From the NCBI RefSeq assembly GCF_004010195.1, contig NC_057719.1, forward strand, positions 1,438,787 to 1,502,786: a DNA stretch of 64,000 bases, read 5' to 3'. The translations under genes and the position numbers were made by a program. Under the pieces are notes generated by a model, which was not told the origin of the DNA, searched no databases, and saw nothing but the letters and a program-made list of their open reading frames with translations. Shown piece after piece: positions 63,881-64,000 of the stretch (the stretch's first letter is position 1; each line of letters starts with the position of its first letter). The stretch comes from Chiloscyllium plagiosum (Eukaryota).

Positions 63881-64000
63881 ACAGTCATCAAAAAACAACC
63901 TTTTGCTGGATTCTGATAGTAATCTGTACATTGTGATATGGCAGTGCTACATGCAGCATATAGTTGGGAATGCAGTGCAGCACAGGGTAATACATAAGAT

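Overview
This is vertebrate nuclear DNA, almost certainly a shark or other elasmobranch, judged from HE1-type V-SINEs, Deu-domain SINEs, and CR1, Rex1 and Penelope families. The only host coding sequence I can support is one 174-bp internal exon of BRF1 (TFIIIB subunit; + strand, 36352-36525). Its donor is a minor-spliceosome (U12-type) GTATCCTTT. I found no neighbouring BRF1 exon, so the rest of the window is probably two very large introns. These are filled with decayed and nested retroelements: CR1 LINEs (one near full length), a Rex1/Babar LINE, several Penelope-like element (PLE) families, SINEs, a probable solo LTR and a 16-bp minisatellite. The most notable observations are: (1) a 309-bp circularly permuted, near-identical local duplication (28948-29258 copied to 31536-31844), the footprint expected from re-insertion of a small DNA circle; (2) minimal hammerhead-ribozyme motifs with palindromic stem III in four PLE terminal-repeat families, plus many TSD-flanked mini-insertions truncated right at the ribozyme; (3) the U12 intron, apparently over 27 kb long; (4) four-level element nesting; (5) a minisatellite born inside a PLE tail. 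Most ORFs in the supplied track are retroelement fragments or noise. Boundaries of old repeats are approximate and read by eye.
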